A DNA stretch of 39,648 nt from a bacterium (GTDB taxonomy: Bacteria; T1Sed10-126; CAZEBV01), in NCBI GenBank assembly GCA_042219765.1, contig JBDGPI010000068.1, positions 10,164 through 49,811 of the forward strand, in the 5' to 3' direction. How positions within the stretch are numbered: position 1 is the first letter of the stretch; every line of letters begins with the position of its first letter. Under the pieces are notes generated by a model. That model made no database searches and had not been told where the DNA came from. It worked only from the letters and a program-made list of their open reading frames with translations. The position numbers were made by a program, and so were the translations under genes. Positions 16,753 to 26,951 of this stretch are shown one piece after another.

Positions 16753-18798
16753 GTGGCCATCTTGAATCTAAAAAGAGTTTCCATGATTGTGATTATTGCA
16801 GCATTGATCGTCGCTGGAGGATTCTACTTGACGGGTGAATCGCCGGAGCCCGAGCAGGAAACTACGGAACAGCAAGAAGAGGAACTTAAAACGGCGGATT
16901 TTGGCGATCGGGATCTGGAGGTATCGGGAGAAGCGTCCCTGGACCTCCAGAAGGAGCAGACCCAGGAACAAGAGGAATCTTCTAAGGACGCCTACAACCG
17001 CTTTACGATTCCCGGGCAGGTTAATTTCCCCCAGGGAGTCAGTCCCTCCAAGGTTACTTTAAGGGTTAAGATACAGATCCTCACCCCGGATTCAGCCAGG
17101 AAGATGGCACAGAAAAACAATCCGAGACGGTTCATGCTCGCCGAGGGAGCGGAAAACAAATTCCAGGAAAAGACAATTGCGAAATCAATTCAGACCGACG
17201 AGCAGGGCCGGTTTGAAATACGAAATGCACCACCGGGTTTATACGGCGTTACAGCCGCCGATAGTAATTGGGTTGGTAAGACCAGGGCCCAGCAAATTGA
17301 GGCCCCCTCACTGGTGAGGCCGCTTGAACTCGAAGTTTCACGCACCTCGAAATTGGTAGGAACGGTCGTGGGTCCGGACAGTAAGCCCATCAACACCGCG
17401 GAAGTCGCGTATACCACCAAAAATGAGTCATTCAGGGTGGATGAACAGGGCCGTTTTTCACTTTCAACCATTGAACCCGGACAACGAATCGACAACCTTA
17501 AAATTTTAAATGACGGGTACAAACCGCTGTACGTCGACCAGCCACCCTTGAAACCCGGCGAAGTCCGTCATGATACCTTCATGTTAAAACAGGGAGCACA
17601 ACTCCAGGTCAAAATTCGTGATACACAGGGGGATCCCATCAAAGAGGGCCGCGTGATCCTTAACCGCGCGGACGACCATGAAATCACTACCAAACACCAT
17701 CTGGCTGCGGCACACGGTGGCGCAAAAATAGGTTCCGTAGATTCGAACGGACAGTTTACGTTCTCCAACCTGCGGCCGGGCAAAGTTAACGTAACGTTCC
17801 GGCACATGAGTTACATTCCCGAAGTTCAGACCGCCCGGATCGGGTCGGGGGAGTTAACGGAAGTCACCTTGACCGTCCCGAAAGGGAAACCCCTTAACCT
17901 GACCCTCGTTAACGAGAGGAACGGGAAAGCCGTGACCAGTGTTCAGCCACGGTTGGCCGTCTACGATGACAACGGCGATCAACTGAAGCCCGGTTATACG
18001 ATTCAAACCATCCAGGGCGATGGAACCATTAAAGCCTATCTGCATCCGGATGCAACACGGTTTGACATAAAAGCCAAAAGTAGACTCGGGCGATTCAAGC
18101 CAGCCACGAAAGCTTTCAGCGTAAGGGATTTACCCAACGTAAAACTCTCCCTGGTTCCGTCCAGTACGCCAAAATCCGTCCAACCTCCGGCCCCACCCGG
18201 CCTTCTTAAACTCGAAAGTGAGCAGGAACGGGACTGGTCAACAATCAACAAGGGGCGGATCTTTGTCATCGACCGCAACACCGGCAGCAGGGTTCACGTT
18301 CAGGTCGGGAGTGACAATGTCCTGGATGAACCACTCCCCCTGAAAACGGGTGAATACGTAATCTACGGGGTTTTTGAGCGCTCCGATGGAACGTCACTTG
18401 GATTTATAACGGACGCGGTCGTTGAAACCAAGCATCCAGGAAAGCGTACCGTTACGTTGCGTGAGACTGCGGGGGTGAAGAGATCACTCGGAGGACTGGA
18501 AAAGGACCAGTACAAGAACTTACGGATTGGGGTTTCTTTAATTCCACAGGAGTCACCCGGAGGTAGTTCCAGTACGGGGGCGGTCTTTTATCCCCAACCC
18601 CTCACGGCGACACCTGACGCCGAAGGGGAGTTTTCCCTGAATCATATTCCAGCCGGATCGGATTTAACCCTGCATGTAACTGTTCGGGGAGGATCGTCCA
18701 TCGATTCGGACGGTGGCTCGCTGGTGGCGGTCAAACCGTTACCATCGCTTAGTCCGGGGGAGACGAGGAACTTATCTTCTATTGAGATTACCCAATAA
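16753..18798 (+). CDS. Large membrane-anchored/secreted protein with repeated carboxypeptidase-regulatory-like (Ig-like beta-sandwich) domains
   Basis: It has an N-terminal TM and an acidic linker. Recurrent motifs are 'GRFEIRNAPPGLYGV', 'GRFSLSTIEPGQ', 'GQFTFSNLRPGKVNVTF' and 'GEFSLNHIPAGSDLTLHV'. The start is uncertain (GTG 16753, TTG 16762 or ATG 16783). Confidence 0.75.
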   Translation: MAILNLKRVSMIVIIAALIVAGGFYLTGESPEPEQETTEQQEEELKTADFGDRDLEVSGEASLDLQKEQTQEQEESSKDAYNRFTIPGQVNFPQGVSPSKVTLRVKIQILTPDSARKMAQKNNPRRFMLAEGAENKFQEKTIAKSIQTDEQGRFEIRNAPPGLYGVTAADSNWVGKTRAQQIEAPSLVRPLELEVSRTSKLVGTVVGPDSKPINTAEVAYTTKNESFRVDEQGRFSLSTIEPGQRIDNLKILNDGYKPLYVDQPPLKPGEVRHDTFMLKQGAQLQVKIRDTQGDPIKEGRVILNRADDHEITTKHHLAAAHGGAKIGSVDSNGQFTFSNLRPGKVNVTFRHMSYIPEVQTARIGSGELTEVTLTVPKGKPLNLTLVNERNGKAVTSVQPRLAVYDDNGDQLKPGYTIQTIQGDGTIKAYLHPDATRFDIKAKSRLGRFKPATKAFSVRDLPNVKLSLVPSSTPKSVQPPAPPGLLKLESEQERDWSTINKGRIFVIDRNTGSRVHVQVGSDNVLDEPLPLKTGEYVIYGVFERSDGTSLGFITDAVVETKHPGKRTVTLRETAGVKRSLGGLEKDQYKNLRIGVSLIPQESPGGSSSTGAVFYPQPLTATPDAEGEFSLNHIPAGSDLTLHVTVRGGSSIDSDGGSLVAVKPLPSLSPGETRNLSSIEITQ

Positions 18799-19069
18799 GT
18801 AATCAAAGTGATTGATCGTCTTTTATCCGGGAAAACCTGCTAATTTTAAGAGAAGCTTGTCAGTATTTTCTGGTTTTCGAGGTTGATACTCTAAAAAGTA
18901 ACCGAAGATTGCTCCTGCTCCGGTAACTTCGGGTCATTGTCATTTTTAATTTTTTTCGGAGCACGGTCTGAGTAAAATCAGGTTTCAAGGAAACACTTCA
19001 GACTGGACGGAAAGTAATGCGGTTGAACCTGGGCAGCCGCTTATTCCCACGCTACCGGGGACAATTCCT

Positions 19070-20116
19070 ATGGATAGAGATTCAAATTTATTATTAGTAA
19101 TAGCCTTAATTTCCCTGCCGTTGCTGTTTTTGTCAGGGGGGTGTGCGACCCTCTACCGTCAGACTTATGCTCCTGCTGGTAATGTACTGGACAGTTACAT
19201 AAAGGACGAGGTTACACCCTACATGATGGGGACGACCGACGTGCGTATGGCCTGTGCCATGGGGGAGTCGACCACACAGATACTGCTATCGTTCCAACGG
19301 ACGATTGAACGACCCGACAGAAGCGGAATAAGTTCAATATTATCCGCCGGTTTGTGTGCTGAACTTGAAGCTCACGAGGCGGATTTGCGCCGCAAACGTG
19401 CTATTTTTAACAACAACCCCAGTGGTGCGATGGACGCAAGAATTTACCGCGATCGTCTTTTACGGGTGGCCAGCCGGCGCTTTTACAAGGGCTTTAAGAT
19501 GTTCAAATCGGAGTACGGCAAGCTGGATTCGGACTGTCCTGACTTTGGCTCCGAGCGGGATAAATTCTACTATCTGCTGGGACTGTTTTCCGGGATGCAG
19601 GCCGCGAACAATGATTTTACCTCCGGTCAGGCCGTGGGAGTCCCGACGGATCTGCTGACCCGGACGGCCCGCGCGTCGCAGTGCCTGGACAGTGACAACT
19701 GGTGGGGGCTACCCAGGGCGTTGCGAGCCGTAACCTGGACGATTGTGCCCGGTTCGAAACCGGACGGTGTGGATCCCTGGACGAAACTGGACGAAGCCAT
19801 CGAGACGGCGGACCGTGACGGTGTCCGTCTGGCGTACGCTTTCAAGGTGCTGGCCGCCAGCAACAAAGGCAAGACTCAACTGGTCAGAGAAACAATTAAC
19901 AAGGCCGTTGAATCCCGCCGGACCAGGCCCGCCAGTAAATCCTACCAGCTTCTGGACACGATGGCGTTCATGAGGATCAGGATGGTGTCGGATCGGATGT
20001 GGACCGAGGCCACCGGGCACCGAACCCCGAACGGTAAGCTGGGAACGTTCTGGGACAGCAAGGAGGAGTCCGACGGCTCCGAAAACCTTGACTCCCTGCT
20101 GCCGGGAAGTGGCTGA
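19070..20116 (+). CDS. Hypothetical lipoprotein
   Basis: A lipobox 'LFLSGGC' follows a hydrophobic leader. No family was recognised. It lies on the same strand directly upstream of the TRAP-like genes. Confidence 0.7.
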   Translation: MDRDSNLLLVIALISLPLLFLSGGCATLYRQTYAPAGNVLDSYIKDEVTPYMMGTTDVRMACAMGESTTQILLSFQRTIERPDRSGISSILSAGLCAELEAHEADLRRKRAIFNNNPSGAMDARIYRDRLLRVASRRFYKGFKMFKSEYGKLDSDCPDFGSERDKFYYLLGLFSGMQAANNDFTSGQAVGVPTDLLTRTARASQCLDSDNWWGLPRALRAVTWTIVPGSKPDGVDPWTKLDEAIETADRDGVRLAYAFKVLAASNKGKTQLVRETINKAVESRRTRPASKSYQLLDTMAFMRIRMVSDRMWTEATGHRTPNGKLGTFWDSKEESDGSENLDSLLPGSG

Positions 20117-20195
20117 GGACCAATCCGTGAGGGGACCTGTTTCTTTGCCTGGCTCAACGAGAACTACTTTTCCGTAACTGAGGAGACGTGCTGAC

Positions 20196-21233
20196 ATGAC
20201 CAATCGAAGCCAATTCGTTTGTGCCCTGATGGTTATTTCAGGGTTATTGCTTTCGACGGGTGTCTTTGCGAAACCGGCGAAACGATCCCTCTGTGTGTTT
20301 GATGTCGTCGGCACCAATGGGCCCGTTTACAATGCCGTGAAAGAGTACCGAACGGCGGCCCTGAAGTGGGGCGTGAAGTTTGAACTGAAGCCGTACACGG
20401 ACGAGGCGGTTGCCCTGGAGGATTTTCAGGCCGGTCAGTGTGATGGGGTTGTTCTAACGGGCGTGCGGAACCGCCAGCTGGTGAAGTTTGCCGGGAGTAT
20501 CGACATGATGGGTGCCCTGCCGAGTTACCGTCACCTGAAAAAGGCAATACGGGCCCTTTCTCAACCGAAGGCCGCCCAGTACATGCGGACCGAGAAGTAC
20601 GAGGTGGCCGGGATTTTCCCCGCCGGAGCCGTCTACTTTTTTGTCCGACCCGAAAGCATGAGAAAAGTCGAGGGAACCCCGACAATCGATGATTTTGCCG
20701 GCAAAAAGGTGGCCGTGATGAGCTACGATCAGCAGGGGATTACCTCTATCAGGCACGTGGGGGCGACTCCTGTCCCCTCCGACGTTACCAGTTTTGCGGG
20801 AAAGTTTAACAACGGTAGCGTTGATTTAATCTACGCACCGGCCTCCGCCTACAATGCCCTTGAGCTTTACCGTGGGTTGAAGGAGGATGGTCGAATCATC
20901 GATTATCCGCTGGCCCAGCTGACTTATCAGATAACTCTTCGTCGGGACAACTTCTCCGATACGTTTGCGCAGACCTCTCGAGAATGGTCAGCGAACCAGT
21001 TCAATGAAGCCAAAAAGCGGATTGTAAAAGTCCGCCGGAAGATTCCCGAGGGAATGTGGCTTAATATACCGGATAAGCGAAAACCCAAGTACCGGGCCAT
21101 GTTTCGCAAAGTTCGACAGCGACTGAAAGAAGAAGGGGTCTACGACCCTCGGACGATGGTTTTCCTCCGCAATATTCGCTGTAACATCGACCCAAGTCGG
21201 GCCGAGTGCACCATGGACCAATCCGGTTCCTGA
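20196..21233 (+). CDS. Periplasmic solute-binding protein, DctP/TRAP-like (divergent)
   Basis: It has a signal peptide. Its size and segments ('GKKVAVMSYDQQGITSIRHVGATPVPSDV...NGSVDLIYAPASAYNALELY') resemble TRAP DctP-type receptors. Confidence 0.65.
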   Translation: MTNRSQFVCALMVISGLLLSTGVFAKPAKRSLCVFDVVGTNGPVYNAVKEYRTAALKWGVKFELKPYTDEAVALEDFQAGQCDGVVLTGVRNRQLVKFAGSIDMMGALPSYRHLKKAIRALSQPKAAQYMRTEKYEVAGIFPAGAVYFFVRPESMRKVEGTPTIDDFAGKKVAVMSYDQQGITSIRHVGATPVPSDVTSFAGKFNNGSVDLIYAPASAYNALELYRGLKEDGRIIDYPLAQLTYQITLRRDNFSDTFAQTSREWSANQFNEAKKRIVKVRRKIPEGMWLNIPDKRKPKYRAMFRKVRQRLKEEGVYDPRTMVFLRNIRCNIDPSRAECTMDQSGS

Positions 21234-21299
21234 TACCGGCCAACTCTGTTAATACCGTTGAACGCCGAACGACAAACAATTTTTTGGTTGTTTTAAACC

Positions 21300-23391
21300 G
21301 TGAGTAGCCCGGACGAGAACAGGGACGGATTCGTTCTCAAAAACTGGTTTGCCACCCTGCCGACGGCCCTGCTTCTGCTGGTCGTCATCTTCCTCGGTAT
21401 TGGAGAAGCCCTCCATTCTCAGTTACTAAACCTCGGCGAACAGACCTGGCCGGGGTATTTCAAACTCCGGTCGGACCTGTCCAGACCCGAGTGTGATCCC
21501 AATCCGGATATTGACGCTCGAGTTCAGAAGCAGGTCGAGGAAAAAAAAGCGGAACAGGAGGGTGGGCTGGGCCTTCTCCAGGAGCAGTCCGTGGACCGGG
21601 AGGCCATCCGGGAGTCCCTGCTGAGCCAGCGACGGGAGTGCCGTGAGACCTGGGAGGTCTACCGGGAGCAGGAGGAAAAACTGACGGCCACCGTAAGGCT
21701 CTACCGGTCGATTGAAAAAGGTGTGGCGTTCTTCAAGAAGATCAGCCTGAATTATACCCGCCATTTTCTCGTCTTTCTGATTGTGATTACGGCGATCACC
21801 GCCACGGCAACCCGACACCACGTCGTCCTGCGACCGATCAAAACGGAAGCGGATTTCTGGGTGAGTACCCTGGTTCAGTTCGGGGCAAACCTGGTTCTGC
21901 TTGTATCGATCCTTTTTTACTGGTACGAAACGTACTCCCGAAGCGGTGCGGTGGAGAATCCGCTTATTCACGTCTTCTGGATTGGTGGTTTTGGACTGCT
22001 TGCGGTGATAAATATCTATCAGATAAGCAGGGGGCCGGCCGGTGATCTACCGGCGGGGGAGCTGTACCGGACGCTGACCACGGTTCCGCTGTACGCTTAC
22101 ATCTGTCTTGTCGGAGCCATCTGGTTCTTCGCGGTGGAGGGGTATTTTTCGGGGATGATTGTTCAGCTTCGGAAGATGGAGCGGTTTCCGTCGCTGTTTT
22201 TGAAGGTGGGGCTTTACGTCTGGTCGGGAATGTTGTTGAAGTGGACCCGGCTTACCAAGTTGGTCCTGGACGTGATTCGGCCCTGGAAGCTCCCGCCCGA
22301 ATACGTGGTTATCGGGCTTGTGATGCTCTGTGCGTTTCCGACCGCGTACAGCGGGGCCTCGGGAATTTTCGTGATCGCCGCCGGTGCCGTTATTTACGAG
22401 GAACTGAGGAAACTGGGCACTCGCCGCCAGCTGTCCATTGCCGCGACGGCGATGTCTGGAAGCGGCGTGTTTCTGGAGCCCTGCCTGATTGTCGTCATTA
22501 TTTCCGCGCTGAACAAAGAGATTACCACGCAGCGTCTCTTTCACTACGGTTTTTACGTTTACCTTTTGATGGGTCTTGTTACGGCCGTGCTGGTGCTTCT
22601 GACCCGTCGCAACAAATTAACGTTTCGTTCACCGTCCGAGGCCCTTAAGCCCTGTTTGAAAGCACTTATCCCGCTTGTTCCCTACGTGGTATCGGGGGCC
22701 GTGGTCATCGCGGGATTTTATTATGGTCTGAATGTGCCCTTTAACGAATACTCGGCGCCGAACATCCTACCGTTCATGCTGTTGATCGTTGTGGCCTACG
22801 ATCAGTGGGCCTTTGGTCACACGGAGTCTGAGGATGACGTGATGCGGACGGAGGACCATGATTCGGATTCCTCCTGGGGAGGATTGTTTGACTATTTAAG
22901 TGCGACGGCCAGGACAGTCAAGCGAGCACATCGGTTCGTTACTGCTCTTAATGGCGACCACGATGATCCTCAGCGGTATCGTGGGCCGCTCCCGGGTTAT
23001 GTCGATGGTTCCCAGCGAGTTTGCGTCGGTCTGGGTGGCGATGGTCTTTTTGCTGGTTGTGTTAATCATTATCGGTATGACGATGGATCCGTACGGAGCC
23101 GTGATCCTGGTGAGCGCGTCGTTTGCTCCGGTGGCCTACAAGAACGGCATCGACCCGGTGCACTTCTGGCTGGTAGTTCTGGTCGCCTTCGAGCTGGGGT
23201 ACCTGACGCCTCCGGTGGCCCTTAACCAGCAGTTTACCCGGATGGTCATCGGCGAGGATGAGTACGAGGCGGTGGCGGCGACGGACCACCGGTACGATAG
23301 TTTCTGGCGAAATTACGAGTTTATCCTGCTTCCCATTGCGGTTATGTCAATCGTTCTTTTGATTGTCGCTTTTGGTCCCCTGCTTCTGTAA
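21300..23391 (+). pseudogene. TRAP-type transporter large/fused permease (DctM-like), reading frame broken near 22900-22935
   Basis: The frame starting at 21300 encodes polytopic membrane sequence up to about 22900, then an Arg/Gly-rich nonsense tail running to 23225. The frame opening at 22900 encodes a canonical DctM C-terminus ('MDPYGAVILVSASFAPVAYKNGIDPVHFWLVVLVAFELGYLTPPVALN') ending at 23391. Confidence 0.65.
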
Positions 23392-23618
23392 TTCGTTCGT
23401 GCTCTTATACCAAGTTACTGTCGGTCAACGATCTAATTCATTCGATTAAACCCTGTACTATCTATGCTACCCTACTTTTAGTAACAGGGTGTACAGACTG
23501 AAGTAGATTTCTTCTGTTTCACACTGGTTAAAAGGGAAATGTTAGTTTTCTCTCGCTTTCGGGAGGTTGAGAAGGTACTATTATGAACATTATTTGATGA
23601 AATAGATTGGAGACTTTA

Positions 23619-24323
23619 ATGACTGACGTAAACACTATGCCTCCCGGGCGGATAGTAACCGTCCTGTTCCTGTCCCTCCTTGGACTAAGCCCCCTGACAG
23701 CTCCGGCCTACGGCAAACCACTGGAAAAAGCGCTGGTCAAAAAGACAGTGAATCAGGTATTGGTTCACGAGAATATCGGCAGGGAAACTGATAGTCCCAG
23801 GCAAGCACGTGCCGGACGAGATATTCTGCAGGGCAGCATGGCCCTTGAGACACGACGTAAGTCCCGTTCCGAACTTTTGTTCGCCGATGGTAGTGTGGCC
23901 CGAATTGGATCCAATTCACTCTTCAGTTTTACCGAAACCGCACGCGAACTTCAGCTCGGTAGAGGAATTTTGCTGCTGCAGGTTCCGGGAAACTCGGAAA
24001 GAACGACTGTCAGAACGGCGGCCGCGTCGGCTGCTTTGACGGGGACGACGGTGATGCTGGAGCAACAACCCGATCAGTACGTGAAAATGATTGTTCTGGA
24101 GGGAACGCTTCAGGCTTATATCCCCGGTCGAATCGGAGAATCCCTGCCGGAACCGGTTTACGTGAATCTCGAGAAGCTGGTGGAAACGTCGGGGTTAATT
24201 CAGGAATTAGAACAACAGGGTAACATTGATGTTGCTGAGTTTGAGGATCGTAGTCTGGATCAGGAACAGTATCAGTCTTCCCTCGAGGAGCAGAAAAAGC
24301 AGATAGAAGTGGGGGATCTTTAA
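23619..24323 (+). CDS. FecR-domain protein (secreted/periplasmic)
   Basis: The signal peptide is 'VTVLFLSLLGLSPLTAPAYG'. The FecR-like core is 'ELLFADGSVARIGSNSLFSF...LQLGRGILLLQVPG...TVRTAAASAALTGTTVMLE'. The ATG at 23619 has GGAG 6 nt upstream. Confidence 0.8.
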   Translation: MTDVNTMPPGRIVTVLFLSLLGLSPLTAPAYGKPLEKALVKKTVNQVLVHENIGRETDSPRQARAGRDILQGSMALETRRKSRSELLFADGSVARIGSNSLFSFTETARELQLGRGILLLQVPGNSERTTVRTAAASAALTGTTVMLEQQPDQYVKMIVLEGTLQAYIPGRIGESLPEPVYVNLEKLVETSGLIQELEQQGNIDVAEFEDRSLDQEQYQSSLEEQKKQIEVGDL

Positions 24324-24332
24324 CCGACGGAT

Positions 24333-25817
24333 TTGAGTATCAACGGTCAGGGGGCTCGGGTAATACTCTCCTCGAATCAACTCGAAGGTCCCGAGTCCGA
24401 CGAGCGTCTGTACGAGAGTGTTTTTGGTAGTGGTAGTCTGACAAATAACGAAACTGAGGACGCAGTCAACGATAACCTGATCAGTCCTGACGATAACGTG
24501 CTTCCCTACCACTCCCAGTCGGTTAACGTCGACGGGAGCTCATCCATTGAAATGGCTTCACTGAAAGAAGTGGATTTCCCGCCAACTATTAGCAACGCAA
24601 GCAGTTATCAGGGAGGGATATACTCTCAGTCCCAGCTCGATGTCTCGCCGAACCAGTGGTACTTTCCGAACGATTCAAGCTGGGGAGCGTTTCTTGATTT
24701 CAACACGGCATTTCTCACGAATACCGGGTCTCGGCCGGTTTCGTCCTTTAAGTTTGAACAGTTCAGTTTGACCGGCAATCCTTCCGTTAACGTGCTCGAC
24801 GGTGGGCCGTCGGACCTTGCGTTTGCGACGACAACCCCTAACTACGATCTTAGCCTGACGAACGCCACCCTCTCGAACATCGACAGCCTTTCCCTGCTGG
24901 CGTCGGCGGGATCCGACGGTGGCTTGACCGTGAGTAACTTAACTCTCACCGAAGCGGGCGCGGACCTCGGGGTGTTCTCGCTGAACGGAAACGTTGGCCT
25001 TTCGAGTATTTCGCTTGCGTCGGACGGAAGCGGCCCCTCGGCCCGCTTATCGGCCAGGGCGGCTCCCTCCTTTGGAGGAATAACCCTGGGAGGCGTATCG
25101 GCCAACAGCATTGACCTCTGGTCGGACGGGTCGGTTAACGTTAATGGGGATCTGACGGCTTACGTTCCCGATAGTGAGACCTCCCAGACCAATGCCGTCA
25201 ACATGATCTCCTCGCTCACGTACCCGAGTGACATGGGTGTGTTACTGCAGAGCAGTACGTTAATAAATGCCGTCGCAAATTCGAGTAACGTGGGCGGCAC
25301 CATTCGCATGATTACCCAGGGGGCGGAGATCGATGTACGGGGGACTCTCGAAGCCGACCATGGAACAATTACGCTGCAGAATAACGGCGGTGGTCTGATC
25401 GATCTGAATGGGGTCACGGTCGGTATGGCAAGTAACGTCGACAACATTAAAGCTGAACTTTTCGGATCCGCGGGAAGTCTGTCTATTACTGGTGGCGCCA
25501 CGTTAAATGCGAGCGACATGATTGAGCTTTACGCCAGTCGGTCCGGGAGCAATGGCCTCGTTGAATTTAGTGGGAATGCGTCGATTACCGGAAGTGCCCT
25601 GAAGAAGATAACGGGCGGGACCGTGAGAATTACCAGCGGTAACACAGTGACAATTGACGGCAATGACCTCACGGTTACTGCGGATTCTGCTGAGTTCAGT
25701 ATCAGTAATTTTGGAACCGTTGATGATAACAACGGCCTTACGGCCGATGGTACCGGCGGCACGTTTCAGGGAAATGATGGAAATGAAACGATCATTCTGA
25801 AGCCGTTATCGAACTAA
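24333..25817 (+). CDS. Ser/Thr/Asn/Gly-rich beta-helix-like repeat protein; in frame with the FecR ORF and lacking its own signal peptide
   Basis: Repeats are adhesin/passenger-like ('LTVSNLTLTEAGADLGVFSLNGNVGLSSISL', 'GTITLQNNGGGLIDLNGVTVG', 'TVRITSGNTVTIDGNDLTVT'). The listed TTG start has no SD. It is separated from the FecR ORF only by the TAA at 24321-24323. Confidence 0.65.
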   Translation: MSINGQGARVILSSNQLEGPESDERLYESVFGSGSLTNNETEDAVNDNLISPDDNVLPYHSQSVNVDGSSSIEMASLKEVDFPPTISNASSYQGGIYSQSQLDVSPNQWYFPNDSSWGAFLDFNTAFLTNTGSRPVSSFKFEQFSLTGNPSVNVLDGGPSDLAFATTTPNYDLSLTNATLSNIDSLSLLASAGSDGGLTVSNLTLTEAGADLGVFSLNGNVGLSSISLASDGSGPSARLSARAAPSFGGITLGGVSANSIDLWSDGSVNVNGDLTAYVPDSETSQTNAVNMISSLTYPSDMGVLLQSSTLINAVANSSNVGGTIRMITQGAEIDVRGTLEADHGTITLQNNGGGLIDLNGVTVGMASNVDNIKAELFGSAGSLSITGGATLNASDMIELYASRSGSNGLVEFSGNASITGSALKKITGGTVRITSGNTVTIDGNDLTVTADSAEFSISNFGTVDDNNGLTADGTGGTFQGNDGNETIILKPLSN

Positions 25818-25931
25818 ATAAGCACCCGGACTGTGTTGTTCCAGTGGCCCGGAGTGAAGGGGGATGCCTGGCGAAACCGGCCAAGCCTTTACTGGCATTG
25901 CGTACACAAATTCGAAATCTAAGGTCAGACG

Positions 25932-26951
25932 GTGACTCTTGTGAAAAACCTTATTAGACGTTACGGAGCCGGCTGGAAGTGGTTCAGTCTTCCTCTGATA
26001 GTAATCTACTTCACTCAGCCGGTATTTCCTCAGGAACAGGCGGATCAGCTCCGCCAGCTTCTGGAGTTCGAGGACCGCCAGGAGAGAAATCTAAAGGATG
26101 AAGAGGATTCGGAGCAGGCCTTTCTGGAGGAGGCGGGTGATGATATGGGCCGGCAGGACATCCTCCGCAAACCGACCGAGCACAAGCCATTCCGGGCTTT
26201 TTCGGAGCTCAGCCAACGGGCCACCGACAACGCGGCCCTTTCTCCTTTTACGAAGCGATCCGATTTTATGTCCTCGGTCACGACAGGATTCGAGTACTAT
26301 CCTTACGAGGGGTCCCCGAAACCGATCAACCTCAGGGTCCGACAGCAAGTTTTCCGTTACCGTGACAACTCCGCCTTTGACTTCGATCGTTTGACGCTCG
26401 AAGCCAGAGGGACCCGAAAACGACAAATCATGGATTATCCGCTTTATTTTACTGGCCGCTACGGTTACGAGGAACTACGCAGTGGTTCCTTCCTGGGCGG
26501 GGCCGAGCACCGGAATTTGATTCGGTCATTTCACGTCGTTGCCGGAAACATACGCTTTTTTCATTTTCTTTCGCGATACGAAACACTGATCCCGAAGGTT
26601 GCCGTTGAAGTTGAACAGACGGATCGATTGAACGGTCGAAAAGGTAGTACCGCCGACAACGAGAAGAACAACGTTTCGCTGTCCTTAACCTACTACAGGG
26701 ATTACAGCCGGAAATTAAACTACTACGGTTCCCTGCGCTACCGGCATTCGGACTACAGGCATGTAGAAACGCTCAATGGTCTCAGGGAGGACCGGAACCA
26801 GGCCCTAACAGTCGGTGGGGAATGGACGTTCTTTTCGGGGGTTGCGATCAATCTCCACGGTTTCTACGCTCGGAATGAGTCCAACGGCCGCAGTTACGAG
26901 TACAGAGTGGGAAACCTGGGCAGCCAATTTAACCTTTCCTATGACTTTTGA
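25932..26951 (+). CDS. Outer-membrane beta-barrel protein (hypothetical)
   Basis: After an N-terminal hydrophobic segment and an acidic region come alternating-polarity strands rich in Y/R/G. The C-terminus '...FNLSYDF' ends in Phe. Its stop overlaps the start of the cyclase gene. Confidence 0.7.
   Translation: MTLVKNLIRRYGAGWKWFSLPLIVIYFTQPVFPQEQADQLRQLLEFEDRQERNLKDEEDSEQAFLEEAGDDMGRQDILRKPTEHKPFRAFSELSQRATDNAALSPFTKRSDFMSSVTTGFEYYPYEGSPKPINLRVRQQVFRYRDNSAFDFDRLTLEARGTRKRQIMDYPLYFTGRYGYEELRSGSFLGGAEHRNLIRSFHVVAGNIRFFHFLSRYETLIPKVAVEVEQTDRLNGRKGSTADNEKNNVSLSLTYYRDYSRKLNYYGSLRYRHSDYRHVETLNGLREDRNQALTVGGEWTFFSGVAINLHGFYARNESNGRSYEYRVGNLGSQFNLSYDF

Noticed and set aside
22936-23225. The C-terminal ~100 aa of the 641-aa ORF (21300-23225) as real protein sequence.
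   Set aside because: The text is Arg/Gly/Pro-rich and non-membrane. It overlaps the frame that encodes canonical DctM helices, so I interpret it as post-frameshift read-on.
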